This document shows, piece by piece, positions 17,398-25,882 of a stretch of 33,303 bases of DNA. This stretch comes from an archaeon (GTDB lineage Archaea; Nanobdellota; Nanobdellia; Woesearchaeales; GW2011-AR9): the NCBI GenBank assembly GCA_020053615.1, contig JAGVMW010000114.1:1-33303 (forward strand), given 5' to 3'. The notes under the pieces are model-generated. The model had not been told where the DNA came from. It saw only the letters and a program-made list of their open reading frames with translations, and did no database searches. A program made the position numbers and the translations under genes. Within the stretch, counting starts at the first letter, position 1. Every line of letters begins with the position of its first letter.

Positions 17398-18096
17398 ATG
17401 GCAACAAACGTTAAACCTAATGAATTGAATTACGACCATTACGAAACAAAAAAATATGACGATGATATTGTTCGCTCTATTCCAGGACATGAGGAACTTC
17501 ATAGACACATAGACCAAATTATTCAAAGAGATTATATTTCAAGAGGAAAAGTTAAAGTCTTAGAATTAGGAGTTGGAACGGGATTAACAGCAGAAAGAAT
17601 ATTAGGACAAATGCCAAATGCGGAATATACAGCCGTTGATTTCTCTGAGCAAATGCTCGCAGGAGCAAGAAGACGTTTATCTCAATATAATGTAACATTT
17701 GTAAATGGTGATTATTCACAAATTGATCTTCCAAATGATAACGACCTCGTAGTTTCTATTGTAGGAATACACCACCAAAAGACCAATAAAGATAAAAAAT
17801 CTCTTTTTCAAAAAATATACCATTCCATAGCTGAAGATGGTTCTTTCATTTTTGGAGATTTGGTTACATATAAAGACAGAACAGAAGCAGCTTTAAATGA
17901 AGCAAGACATTACCATCATCTTGTTGAACACGCAGAAAATGAAGAATCATTAAGAGAATGGGCGCACCATCACAAATTCTTAAACAAACTTGCTCCTTTA
18001 GAAAACCAAGTAAAATGGCTTAGAGAAGTTGGTTTTAAAAAAGTAAAATTAGTCTACCAGAAATTCAATACTGCTTTAATCTATGCAACAAAATAA
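17398..18096 (+). CDS. Class I SAM-dependent methyltransferase
   Basis: Motif I is VLELGVGTGLTAERIL. The N-terminal YDDDIVRSIPGHEELHRHI resembles CmoA-like enzymes. VVSIVGIHH is post-motif II. Confidence 0.8.
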   Translation: MATNVKPNELNYDHYETKKYDDDIVRSIPGHEELHRHIDQIIQRDYISRGKVKVLELGVGTGLTAERILGQMPNAEYTAVDFSEQMLAGARRRLSQYNVTFVNGDYSQIDLPNDNDLVVSIVGIHHQKTNKDKKSLFQKIYHSIAEDGSFIFGDLVTYKDRTEAALNEARHYHHLVEHAENEESLREWAHHHKFLNKLAPLENQVKWLREVGFKKVKLVYQKFNTALIYATK

Positions 18097-18098
18097 TG

Positions 18099-18950
18099 TC
18101 AATTCTCTTGTTTTGATTTCTTCTTTTCCAATCTTTTAACTGATTCAGCTTGCTCTACATAATTTTCAGAAGTAATAACTCTTCTGCCACTTTTTGTTTC
18201 CAAATCTCTTCTGGCTCTTCCGGCAACAGCTCCACCTTCTTGAGCAGCTTTTTTGCCCTCATCAAATCCCTCTACATTTTTATTCTTTGTAATTTCTGTT
18301 GTAGCTGCCTCACCAAGCATGGAAAAGATAAGCTCCAAGTCTGTCATGTGGTCGCGTAAATTTTCCCGTTTCAGTCCCTTTAACTCTTTGTACTCGGACG
18401 GCGTTAAACCAAAAGTCGCTTTGGATATTTCTGCGGTGAGAATTGCATATTCCCTTTCAGTCTTTATAGCTCGCTTATCCCATTCGCCGGTTAATTCATC
18501 CCTTATTGCTATCCCCCTTACCCTTCGCTCAATCCATTCATCAGAGTATCCTTTCTTTTTGTACAATTCCCTCATCCTTTTTTGAGCAAGCTCCGGGTTT
18601 TCTATCTCTTGTACTCGTTCATAGCCAACCTTTGCCAGCCATCTCTTAAATGGTTCTGCTTTCGGAGAGGGAATGGATTGAACAATCCTCAAGAGAGTTT
18701 CAGTATTGGCACAGTCCGTTTCATAAAACTTACCATCGGAAGACGGTAACTTCAGTTGTACGATTTTTTCGTACAACTCAAATCCTTCATCTTTGAGCTT
18801 AATTTTTAGATCAGACCAATATCTTCTAGGAATAGAGCTGCCAGTTAAGACTGTTACAATATCTATTATGGAGAAGAACCATTCTTCATTATGCCACAAT
18901 CTTCGTATGCCTTTTCCCTGAAAAACAATTAATGATGTTTCCGGATCCAT
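18099..18950 (-). CDS. Bro-N domain / DinD-like (DNA-damage-inducible protein D family) protein
   Basis: The N-terminal region reads FQGKGIRRLWHNEEWFFSIIDIVTVLTGS (Bro-N pattern). The C-terminal ENLRDHMTDLELIFSMLGEAATTEI resembles DinD. Confidence 0.65.
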   Translation of the reverse strand: MDPETSLIVFQGKGIRRLWHNEEWFFSIIDIVTVLTGSSIPRRYWSDLKIKLKDEGFELYEKIVQLKLPSSDGKFYETDCANTETLLRIVQSIPSPKAEPFKRWLAKVGYERVQEIENPELAQKRMRELYKKKGYSDEWIERRVRGIAIRDELTGEWDKRAIKTEREYAILTAEISKATFGLTPSEYKELKGLKRENLRDHMTDLELIFSMLGEAATTEITKNKNVEGFDEGKKAAQEGGAVAGRARRDLETKSGRRVITSENYVEQAESVKRLEKKKSKQEN

Positions 18951-19226
18951 TCTAATAGTTATTAAATAGACATTTCTTTAAATACTTTGTCCAAACCTGT
19001 CCAGTGACCAGTGGCTCTCTAAATGGAAACAACGGCTCTTAAATCCCCCTAACTTTTGTCTCTCTTCTCTCATATTCAAATAATCGAACTTTTGACGAAC
19101 TACGGTGGCACCTAAAGTCTCGGGAATGTTAAAACTTCTTCGGTTTAATGTCCTTCGGACTTAAACCTCGACCACGCTGCGCTTTCCCTACGATTTTTAT
19201 ATTCCCTTCGGTCATTAAAAATCTTC

Positions 19227-19395
19227 GGTCGGGTCGGCAAACAGGGGTTTACAGGAATTTTACTCGGCTCGTAAAATTCCCAAATGTCAATCCAGCTCTC
19301 AAAAATTTCTCAGCTCTGATTTTTGTGGGCTACCTCAAAAATCGAGGAGAAATTTTTGGAGGGATTGCCACTTCTGTAAACCCCATACGTTAAAC
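19227..19395 (+). repeat. Junction element copy A2: 166-nt structured repeat plus core CATAC-GTTAAAC
   Basis: It matches 118-283 except at 19325-19336. The closing base pair of the apical hairpin is swapped relative to copy A1 (G19325/C19336 versus C216/G227). A TTTTTATATT box at 19193-19202 lies about 25-30 nt upstream. Confidence 0.8.
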
Positions 19396-19399
19396 TCAA

Positions 19400-19434
19400 T
19401 AAAATTTCTGTTAGACTAAACTTAAGGGGTGCTT
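19400..19434. repeat. Left arm of the inverted repeat flanking the GIY-YIG/Mrr/Zn-ribbon block
   Basis: TAAAATTTCTGTTAG (19400-19414) and GGGGTGCTT (19426-19434) are exact reverse complements of 20913-20927 and 20900-20908. Confidence 0.85.
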
Positions 19435-19477
19435 ATTTTCTAATGGTTTGTAAGATAGCTTTGTAAAGGTCGAAAGA

Positions 19478-19487
19478 TTTTTATAGG
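19478..19487 (+). promoter_or_regulatory. TATA-box-like element (TTTTTATAGG)
   Basis: It lies about 25-30 nt upstream of the ATG at 19510. Confidence 0.4.
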
Positions 19488-19509
19488 TAGTTAAGAGTTA
19501 ATATATAAA

Positions 19510-20052
19510 ATGGAAATTAAACAAATATTAGATAAAATTGAATCAAATAAAAGCATACAACAATTTCCAAAAACCTCTGGAATTTATGTAATGTATGCAA
19601 AAAATAACATTATTTTTGATTTTATTACAATTAATAAAGGAGAAATAATATATATTGGCAAAAGTGAAAGTTCATTATCTGATAGAAAAACAAAACAACA
19701 TTTTAGTTCTGAAAGTACTGGTCGGTCAACTGTGAGAAGAAGTTTAGGTGCTATCCTAAAAAAAGAATTTGATATAAAATGTTTTTTAAGAGGTAAAGGA
19801 AAATCTAAAAATGATTCTAATTGTTATATATTTGATAAGGAAAGTGAAATCAGATTAACTAATTGGATGAATGAAAATATTTCCATGTCTTTTTTTGTCA
19901 CAAATAATCCAGAAGAAATAGAAGTTAGGTTAATTGCAAAATATAATCCTATTCTAAATCTAAAAGAAGCAGAACATAATTTTATAACACATATCAAAGA
20001 TTTAAGAACTAAATGTAAAGATGAAGCTGAACAAAATGGTGTCTTGAAATGA
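19510..20052 (+). CDS. GIY-YIG nuclease-domain protein
   Basis: SGIYVMYAKNN...EIIYIGKSESSLSDR fits GIY-x(n)-YIG, followed by a conserved Arg region (RSTVRRSLG). Confidence 0.6.
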   Translation: MEIKQILDKIESNKSIQQFPKTSGIYVMYAKNNIIFDFITINKGEIIYIGKSESSLSDRKTKQHFSSESTGRSTVRRSLGAILKKEFDIKCFLRGKGKSKNDSNCYIFDKESEIRLTNWMNENISMSFFVTNNPEEIEVRLIAKYNPILNLKEAEHNFITHIKDLRTKCKDEAEQNGVLK

Positions 20053-20723
20053 ATCCTAAAGAATATGAAGAATATATTGGCGAATATTTCAAAAATAAAG
20101 GGTATGATATTAAAGTAACTTCTTTTACAAATGATTATGGTGTTGATTGTTTTGCTTCAAAAGGAAAAGAAAAGATTGCAGTACAAGTAAAAATGTATGG
20201 TGAGGGTATTAGACCTGTAAATAGAAAAATGATGATGGAATTATATGGTGCAATGCACTATTTTGACTGCAATAAAGCAAAACTTGTAACAAATGGCAGA
20301 ATATTAGATGATGCCAAAGAAGTTGCAGATAAGTTAGGTATTGAAATATTATATGTCGAAGCAGTTGAAAATCATAATTCTAAAACGAAAATAGATGAAA
20401 CTTCTTTTGAATTTATCTGGGAAAGATATATCTTGCCATTAAAAGGAAAAACATTAACTAGAACTAATGGAGATACAAATATAATAAAAGATGTGGATTG
20501 GAGCGGAATAAAAAGAATAACTTCAAATGGCAACACTGCAAAAATAGATATTGAGATTTTCAAACAAGTTATTAACCACTTAAGGAAAAATGGAGAAATT
20601 TCTCGCAAAGAAATCAATGATGATTATTCAGGTAGAGCTTCATCTGGAATATGCTTAATATTATCACAAGTTCCTTTTATTCAATATCACAATAGTCCTT
20701 CAAAATTAATTTGGAGAAAATAA
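20049..20723 (+). CDS. Mrr-cat type restriction endonuclease domain protein with an unknown C-terminal domain
   Basis: YEEYIGEYFKNKGYDIKVTSFTNDYGVDCFASKGKEKIAVQVKMY fits the D...(Q/E)xK PD-(D/E)xK core of Mrr_cat. The start overlaps the upstream stop as ATGA. Confidence 0.65.
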   Translation: MNPKEYEEYIGEYFKNKGYDIKVTSFTNDYGVDCFASKGKEKIAVQVKMYGEGIRPVNRKMMMELYGAMHYFDCNKAKLVTNGRILDDAKEVADKLGIEILYVEAVENHNSKTKIDETSFEFIWERYILPLKGKTLTRTNGDTNIIKDVDWSGIKRITSNGNTAKIDIEIFKQVINHLRKNGEISRKEINDDYSGRASSGICLILSQVPFIQYHNSPSKLIWRK

Positions 20724-20724
20724 A

Positions 20725-20901
20725 ATGGTTCAAATTCCTTGTCAAAATTGCGGAAAGATGTATCCTGAAGAATGGTCTTGGTATAGCTGTAATAAATGTG
20801 ATTATAGAATTTGTCAATCTTGCATTTCCAAACATAAAGGTAAATATGGAAGCGGTTTCAAATGTAGTCAATGTACATTTGGACAAATGAAACGAAAATA
20901 A
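20725..20901 (+). CDS. 58-aa double zinc-ribbon protein (four CxxC pairs); not in the supplied ORF track
   Basis: My manual translation gives MVQIPCQNCGKMYPEEWSWYSCNKCDYRICQSCISKHKGKYGSGFKCSQCTFGQMKRK. The ATG lies 1 nt after the upstream stop. Confidence 0.5.
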   Translation: MVQIPCQNCGKMYPEEWSWYSCNKCDYRICQSCISKHKGKYGSGFKCSQCTFGQMKRK

Positions 20902-20927
20902 GCACCCCACGACTAACAGAAATTTTA
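20900..20927. repeat. Right arm of the inverted repeat flanking the GIY-YIG/Mrr/Zn-ribbon block
   Basis: AAGCACCCC (20900-20908) and CTAACAGAAATTTTA (20913-20927) pair with the left arm. The arm overlaps the Zn-ribbon stop codon. Confidence 0.85.
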
Positions 20928-20950
20928 CTTTGAATTTTTGCCTTCGACAT

Positions 20951-21000
20951 CGTTGCACTAAAATTCAATCCTAACGGAGAGTTTAACAGCGATGTTATAC
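20951..21000 (+). repeat. Junction element J7 (CGTTGCACT ... TTTAACAGCGAT-GTTATAC)
   Basis: CGTTGCACT (20951-20959) matches the S1 block of J3 and J4. AACAGCG plus GTTATAC (20985-21000) match the core. It has the same orientation as the other junctions. Confidence 0.6.
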
Positions 21001-21175
21001 TCAATATTTTAATCACCTTTTCAGGCACGCTGTCGCTTCCGTAAATCTTACGCATTGGCACCTTCGCTAAATCGGCAACGACGACAAAACGAAATTCAAT
21101 TACTTCGTAACTAAACCTAACGATGATTTAGCGGTTCACTCCATTCTCCCAAATTTTCGCTAACATAAACTAATA

Positions 21176-21238
21176 GGGGGAGTTCTAAACTTTCTGACAA
21201 CTAACTTTGACGAGGGGGGAGTTCCGTGACGACGAGAA
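21176..21238 (+). repeat. S2-type block (GGGGGAGTTCTAAAC ... GGGGGGAGTTCCGTGACGACGAGAA) next to the 3' end of the large minus-strand block
   Basis: It resembles 3738-3800 (GGGGGGAATTCCGTAACGA...GCGAGAAAAC). It is also the inverse, with one mismatch, of ACGGAATTCCCCC at 32898-32910. Confidence 0.55.
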
Positions 21239-21257
21239 TAAGTGCTTTTCAGATTGA

Positions 21258-21509
21258 CTAAATGCTTCCTTGATGCACAAGAATTACAGCACCACCAGAT
21301 ACTATAGTTCTAAGATTTCCCACCTGACGCTGGAAGATTTCACTGCCATTAAAAAATGCAGCGTGTCCGTGAGGGCTACCAATATTTGGATAACCATAGA
21401 TTACATCAGTCCTTACACCACTAGCTGAACCACGATCATTCCAATTGAACCAACCGTCGTTTGTGCGAATACTATTATTTTGGTACATATCTGAACTCTT
21501 TATGAGCAT
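21258..21509 (-). CDS. Hypothetical 83-aa Gly/Asn-rich protein
   Basis: Its start overlaps the stop of the Cas4-like gene as TAATG. I recognise no motif. Confidence 0.4.
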   Translation of the reverse strand: MLIKSSDMYQNNSIRTNDGWFNWNDRGSASGVRTDVIYGYPNIGSPHGHAAFFNGSEIFQRQVGNLRTIVSGGAVILVHQGSI

Positions 21510-22183
21510 TACTTTTTAATTATTTCGCAAGAATTCTGAACCCATTCACAAAACCCACATTCTTCAGAGGGAGCGGGAATTTCAGCTTCTAAAACTTGAA
21601 CAACTTTCTTAAAAATATTCTCGGCGTTCTTGATATTAACTTTAATCTTGATTAAATCCTTATGGAAGTCTACATCACCATTCTCATGGACTTTGCTAGG
21701 ATGGTAAAATAATAGATAAGTATAATCCTCTGTCTCATAGCCATTCTTTCGTAAGAGAAAATTGTAGATATCCATCTGGTCTTGATAATGCTCGTGCGTA
21801 TCTTCTTTTAATGGGTAGCCTCTGGTTTTATAATCTAAAACAATCAGTTTCTTTCCCTTTTGGAGCAGATTATCAATAGCTCCATGAAAGAGATTACCTT
21901 TTTTATCAGTCCATGGTATTCCTTTGAAATTGCTTCTCCAAACTTTGAGGAGTTCTTCATTGTCAAAGAGCTTTACTTCACCTTTTAATTGTTGAAGTTC
22001 TGGAGGCAATTCTCCTCTTTTCATAAAGCGGTCAAAATGTTCTTTGAGAATTTTATCCATTCCACTCGGAAGAGATGGGAAAATGGAATCTGGACGTTTA
22101 ATGTTCTTGTTTAAAGCAAGCCAGAAACATCTAGGGCAATCTTTCAGTAAGCTTAGGCTTGATGGGCTGAATTTGTAGGTCAT
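21509..22183 (-). CDS. Cas4/RecB-like PD-(D/E)xK nuclease with a Cys cluster
   Basis: Motifs are GAIDNL, VLDYKT and QDQMDIY (QxxxY). Cysteines occur at CPRC (N-terminal) and CGFCEWVQNSC (C-terminal), as in Fe-S Cas4/AddB-type nucleases. Confidence 0.75.
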   Translation of the reverse strand: MTYKFSPSSLSLLKDCPRCFWLALNKNIKRPDSIFPSLPSGMDKILKEHFDRFMKRGELPPELQQLKGEVKLFDNEELLKVWRSNFKGIPWTDKKGNLFHGAIDNLLQKGKKLIVLDYKTRGYPLKEDTHEHYQDQMDIYNFLLRKNGYETEDYTYLLFYHPSKVHENGDVDFHKDLIKIKVNIKNAENIFKKVVQVLEAEIPAPSEECGFCEWVQNSCEIIKK

Positions 22184-22184
22184 T

Positions 22185-25100
22185 TTACGAAATAAAATCT
22201 AAAGTTATTAATCTTAATTTCTTCTCATCAAACTCGTCTAAGCCTTCTTTTTCATAAACCAGCTTATCCGAAACAAAATTAGTAACATCTACAATTAGTT
22301 TTTTCCAATTTTTATGTCCTTTTCTATAATTATTCCAAACTTTTCTAATAATTTGAATCCTCTTCTTAGTTAAACTAATGTTAACTAATTTCTTTCTAGT
22401 CTCTTCCCATTGTTTTTCTAATGCATTATCTTCCGGAAAATCTAAAATGTAATCCTCTATATCTCTCTCTATTTCGATAATTAATTGGCTCAGAAACTTT
22501 TTACTTCTTTCCTTACTCCAATCCTGTTGTTTTGTATCTGCTTCTTCCTTTACTCGTATTGAATTATATGTTTCTTTAATATCTTTAAGAATATTGGTGT
22601 TAATATCATATACTTCCTCGAAAAATTTAGGAATAACTCTTTTTTCGCTCTCTTTACAAGAAATAAATTGAAGTATTTCGGTTTTGTTCTTAATTGATTT
22701 TCTCGATTCTAAATCATGCAAATACCAGAAATGGAAATCTTCTCCATATTCATAATAAAAGAAAATTCCCCTAATACTTTTTTTAATCAAACCACTATGA
22801 ATCCCATCAGGCAGGTTTTCTAATTCTTTCATTGAACTTTTCTTGAGGTAAGTTTTCAATGGCTGATAAAAAACTTCTCCTCCACCAAATACGTCAGCTT
22901 CCAATTCATCTAAAACTGAAGATTCTTTATCTTTTATCCTCCTGATTACTCCAAAAACTTTAGGATGGATTTTTTCACCCAAAACAGTCTGATCTAATCC
23001 TACTGACTTATCTATATTGATTATTTTGTTTTGAAGAATGTTAACTAATTTTAATAATTCTTCTAATTCATCTTCTGGGAAGAAATTGTAAATATATATT
23101 TTATCATATAATGAGCCAATCCTGTCAATTCTACCTGCCCGCTGAATCATTCTTGTTGGATTCCAATGCAAATCATAATTTATTAAAATTTGTGCGGTCT
23201 GTAAGTTTTGTCCTTCTGATAATACATCAGTGCTTAGAAGAATGTCTATTTCTTTGTTTTTAAATCGTTCTATAATTTTTTGTCTGTCTTTTGGTGTAAA
23301 ACTGCCAGAACCAGAGATTTTTTGAAGCTTGATGTTTTTGAATTCTTTTTGTTTAGAAAGATAATCATAAACATAATCTAAAGTATCTTTGTAATAAGTA
23401 AAAACTACAATTTGGCTTTTTTCGTGTAATTTCAATAATTTATCTTTAAATTCAAGTAATTTTGCATCTTTATCAGGAGTTAAGTTCTTTATTTTTTCTA
23501 ATATACTCCCTAATAGTTGAATATCAATTTTAATGTCTTTAAACATCTCTTCTTTATTGTAATTATTTATGTTGAATTTATCTAATTGTGCTAGTATCTC
23601 CTGTTCAATTTCTTCTGAATCTTCCTCAAAGTCTTCATCTTCGGCAAGTATATATTTTATTAGTTTAGTATAAGCTTGTTTAGATAAGAATTTTCCTTCT
23701 TCTAAACAATTCATCATTGTCTTTAAGAACTTGATATGACGACTAACGCTAATCCTGAATGCCTCAATACTGCTTTCTAGTCTTTTTAGAAGAATTGTTT
23801 TGAAAATACCGCCTATGGCAATCATACGATTTAAAGCCAAGATTTCTTCTTGCGTTTGCAAATTTTCTTTTTTATATCTAAGAATATTATAATAAGCCAT
23901 AGTCAGCTTTTCGGATATTATGTCCGCAATTTCGCGATACATCCCTTGGTAAGTTTGATTCAGTTTGTAATTGATTGTTTCTAGCTTCCTATCTGGAAAT
24001 GTTATTTTCTGCCCATTAACTGTTGCATTAGGATACTCTTTTTTAATATAATCTCTGGTTCTTCTGATAGAAATTTCATTTAGTAAGTCGTTTAATAATG
24101 CAGGATTGCCTCTCTTATCAATTTCTTTAAAATGGACAAATAAATCAGGAATGTTCTCTTTTATGAATGTTGCATTATCATTTCCAACAAGAAGAAGAAT
24201 CTGTGAATACAAATCCCAAATAGAATTATTGATGGGTGTGGCAGTCATAAAGAGAATTTTAGGTTTTTCACCGTTTTCTTTTGTGATAAACTCAATTAAT
24301 GTGTTCATGTTCTCCCACCTGTTAGAGAGTTGATTTCTAAGATTATGGCTTTCATCAACAATTATTAATTCTACTTCTTCTAAATGCCCGCCAGTGGCAG
24401 TTTTTGCTTTATCTAAGAAGTCTTTAGAAGCTAAATTTTCTTGTGAAAGAATATTTTCAGTAAGTTGCTTATCTTTCAATGCGGGAAGCCACATTGTTTC
24501 CTTTAATTGTGCCGGACAGATAACTAAGCATCTCTTTCTTCTAAAAAAACCAAATTCTTCTAATACTTTAAGCGCAATATATGTTTTACCTAAACCAACC
24601 GAATCAGCAACCATGACTGCCCCATATTTTTTTAAACGTGAGAAGACTCTTTGAACAGCATCACTTTGAAATTCGGTTAATTCAACATTTGAAATACCAC
24701 TTTTGTCTTTCTTTTTTTCTTCTTCCTCTGATTCTGCGGCTATTTCATCTTTTTGCAGTTCATAAAGTGATTTTATATAAATTTGAAATGGAGTGTATTC
24801 TGTAGTTCCAAATCTTGAATTTTTGAGTAAAGTGATTAATTGCTCTTTAAATTCTAAAGATTCTTTCCAGAATTTATTGAACCAGTTTTCTCTACTATAT
24901 TCAACAAACATTTTACCCTGCTGAACAGTGTTATATTCTCCTTCTCTTGTAAGCCCAGCATAAGTAAAATTGGAAGAGCCACTAACCACTAATTTATCAA
25001 AAATATAAGTTTTTCCATGCAATAGGTTTTTGTCATAAATTCTGATTTCCACATTATGTTTTTCTAAAAAAGTAATTAAATCAGTAACATGGTCTTTCTT

Positions 25101-25391
25101 TTCTTTTGTAAGACCTAACTCTGCAATTTCTGTTTCTACTACTTTCAGCAGGGCTTTTCCTAAAGTCTGATTGTTATCCGTAAGTTCGGGGGATTTTCCA
25201 AGAAGCAAGCGAAATTTAGTAACTCCTTCTAATTTTTCTTTAACCAAAGCATACCCCTCCACGTTAAAGAATGCGGTAGCAATATCTAAATTAGTATTGG
25301 GATCTAAATGGAGAACTTTGTTTAGGAAAACAGACAGTTTTATGTTGTTGTTATCAACAATGTTTTCGTCAATCATCATTTGAATACCCAT
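22185..25391 (-). CDS. PLD-nuclease domain fused to an SNF2-family helicase
   Basis: The N-terminal LLHGKTYIFDKLVVSGSSN is an HxK..D..GSxN PLD motif. SNF2 motifs are GLGKT, IVDESHNLRN, TATPINN, LSEGQNLQ and QRAGRIDRIG. The likely start is the ATG at 25379, in an ATGA overlap with the upstream stop. Confidence 0.9.
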   Translation of the reverse strand: MGIQMMIDENIVDNNNIKLSVFLNKVLHLDPNTNLDIATAFFNVEGYALVKEKLEGVTKFRLLLGKSPELTDNNQTLGKALLKVVETEIAELGLTKEKKDHVTDLITFLEKHNVEIRIYDKNLLHGKTYIFDKLVVSGSSNFTYAGLTREGEYNTVQQGKMFVEYSRENWFNKFWKESLEFKEQLITLLKNSRFGTTEYTPFQIYIKSLYELQKDEIAAESEEEEKKKDKSGISNVELTEFQSDAVQRVFSRLKKYGAVMVADSVGLGKTYIALKVLEEFGFFRRKRCLVICPAQLKETMWLPALKDKQLTENILSQENLASKDFLDKAKTATGGHLEEVELIIVDESHNLRNQLSNRWENMNTLIEFITKENGEKPKILFMTATPINNSIWDLYSQILLLVGNDNATFIKENIPDLFVHFKEIDKRGNPALLNDLLNEISIRRTRDYIKKEYPNATVNGQKITFPDRKLETINYKLNQTYQGMYREIADIISEKLTMAYYNILRYKKENLQTQEEILALNRMIAIGGIFKTILLKRLESSIEAFRISVSRHIKFLKTMMNCLEEGKFLSKQAYTKLIKYILAEDEDFEEDSEEIEQEILAQLDKFNINNYNKEEMFKDIKIDIQLLGSILEKIKNLTPDKDAKLLEFKDKLLKLHEKSQIVVFTYYKDTLDYVYDYLSKQKEFKNIKLQKISGSGSFTPKDRQKIIERFKNKEIDILLSTDVLSEGQNLQTAQILINYDLHWNPTRMIQRAGRIDRIGSLYDKIYIYNFFPEDELEELLKLVNILQNKIINIDKSVGLDQTVLGEKIHPKVFGVIRRIKDKESSVLDELEADVFGGGEVFYQPLKTYLKKSSMKELENLPDGIHSGLIKKSIRGIFFYYEYGEDFHFWYLHDLESRKSIKNKTEILQFISCKESEKRVIPKFFEEVYDINTNILKDIKETYNSIRVKEEADTKQQDWSKERSKKFLSQLIIEIERDIEDYILDFPEDNALEKQWEETRKKLVNISLTKKRIQIIRKVWNNYRKGHKNWKKLIVDVTNFVSDKLVYEKEGLDEFDEKKLRLITLDFIS

Positions 25392-25882
25392 CCCTCTTTT
25401 CTAAACATTTCAATCAAGAATATGCATTCAATACCATATTCTTGGCATACATAAGGAACTTTAGTTTTTTTACCACTTATTCTTTCTTCTGAAACAACTA
25501 TTCTTTTTTTTATTGTTTCAATTAATGTTTTTTGAGCGTCTGCCTCCATCTCAATAGCAAGCGCAATAACAAAAGGATCTGCAATAGGAACCATACTATC
25601 TTCATTTAACCATTTAGGATATTTGGCTAATAATTCTTGAACAATTTGGATCTGTCTAGGTGTTAAATCTTTAAACAGCTTTGTCTGTTTTTTAGACCAT
25701 TCTTTCAGGTGGTCGTCTCCCCTTTCAATTTCTTTTAAAACTTCTTTTGGTGAAACTAAAAATCCACTTTCAATTAACGATTCTATTTTTTGCCAAACAG
25801 GAGGAAAAATATCTATGGGATACTTTCTATTTAACTCTATCAGTGAACATGAATCTATCACATAGTAATTTATGGATGTCAT
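25376..25882 (-). CDS. DUF4411 (PIN-like) protein
   Basis: YVIDSCSLIELNRKYPIDIFPPVWQKIESLIESGFLVSPKEVLKEIERGDDHLKEW matches the DUF4411 pattern. It has a 4-nt overlap with the upstream ImmA gene. Confidence 0.75.
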   Translation of the reverse strand: MTSINYYVIDSCSLIELNRKYPIDIFPPVWQKIESLIESGFLVSPKEVLKEIERGDDHLKEWSKKQTKLFKDLTPRQIQIVQELLAKYPKWLNEDSMVPIADPFVIALAIEMEADAQKTLIETIKKRIVVSEERISGKKTKVPYVCQEYGIECIFLIEMFRKEGWVFK

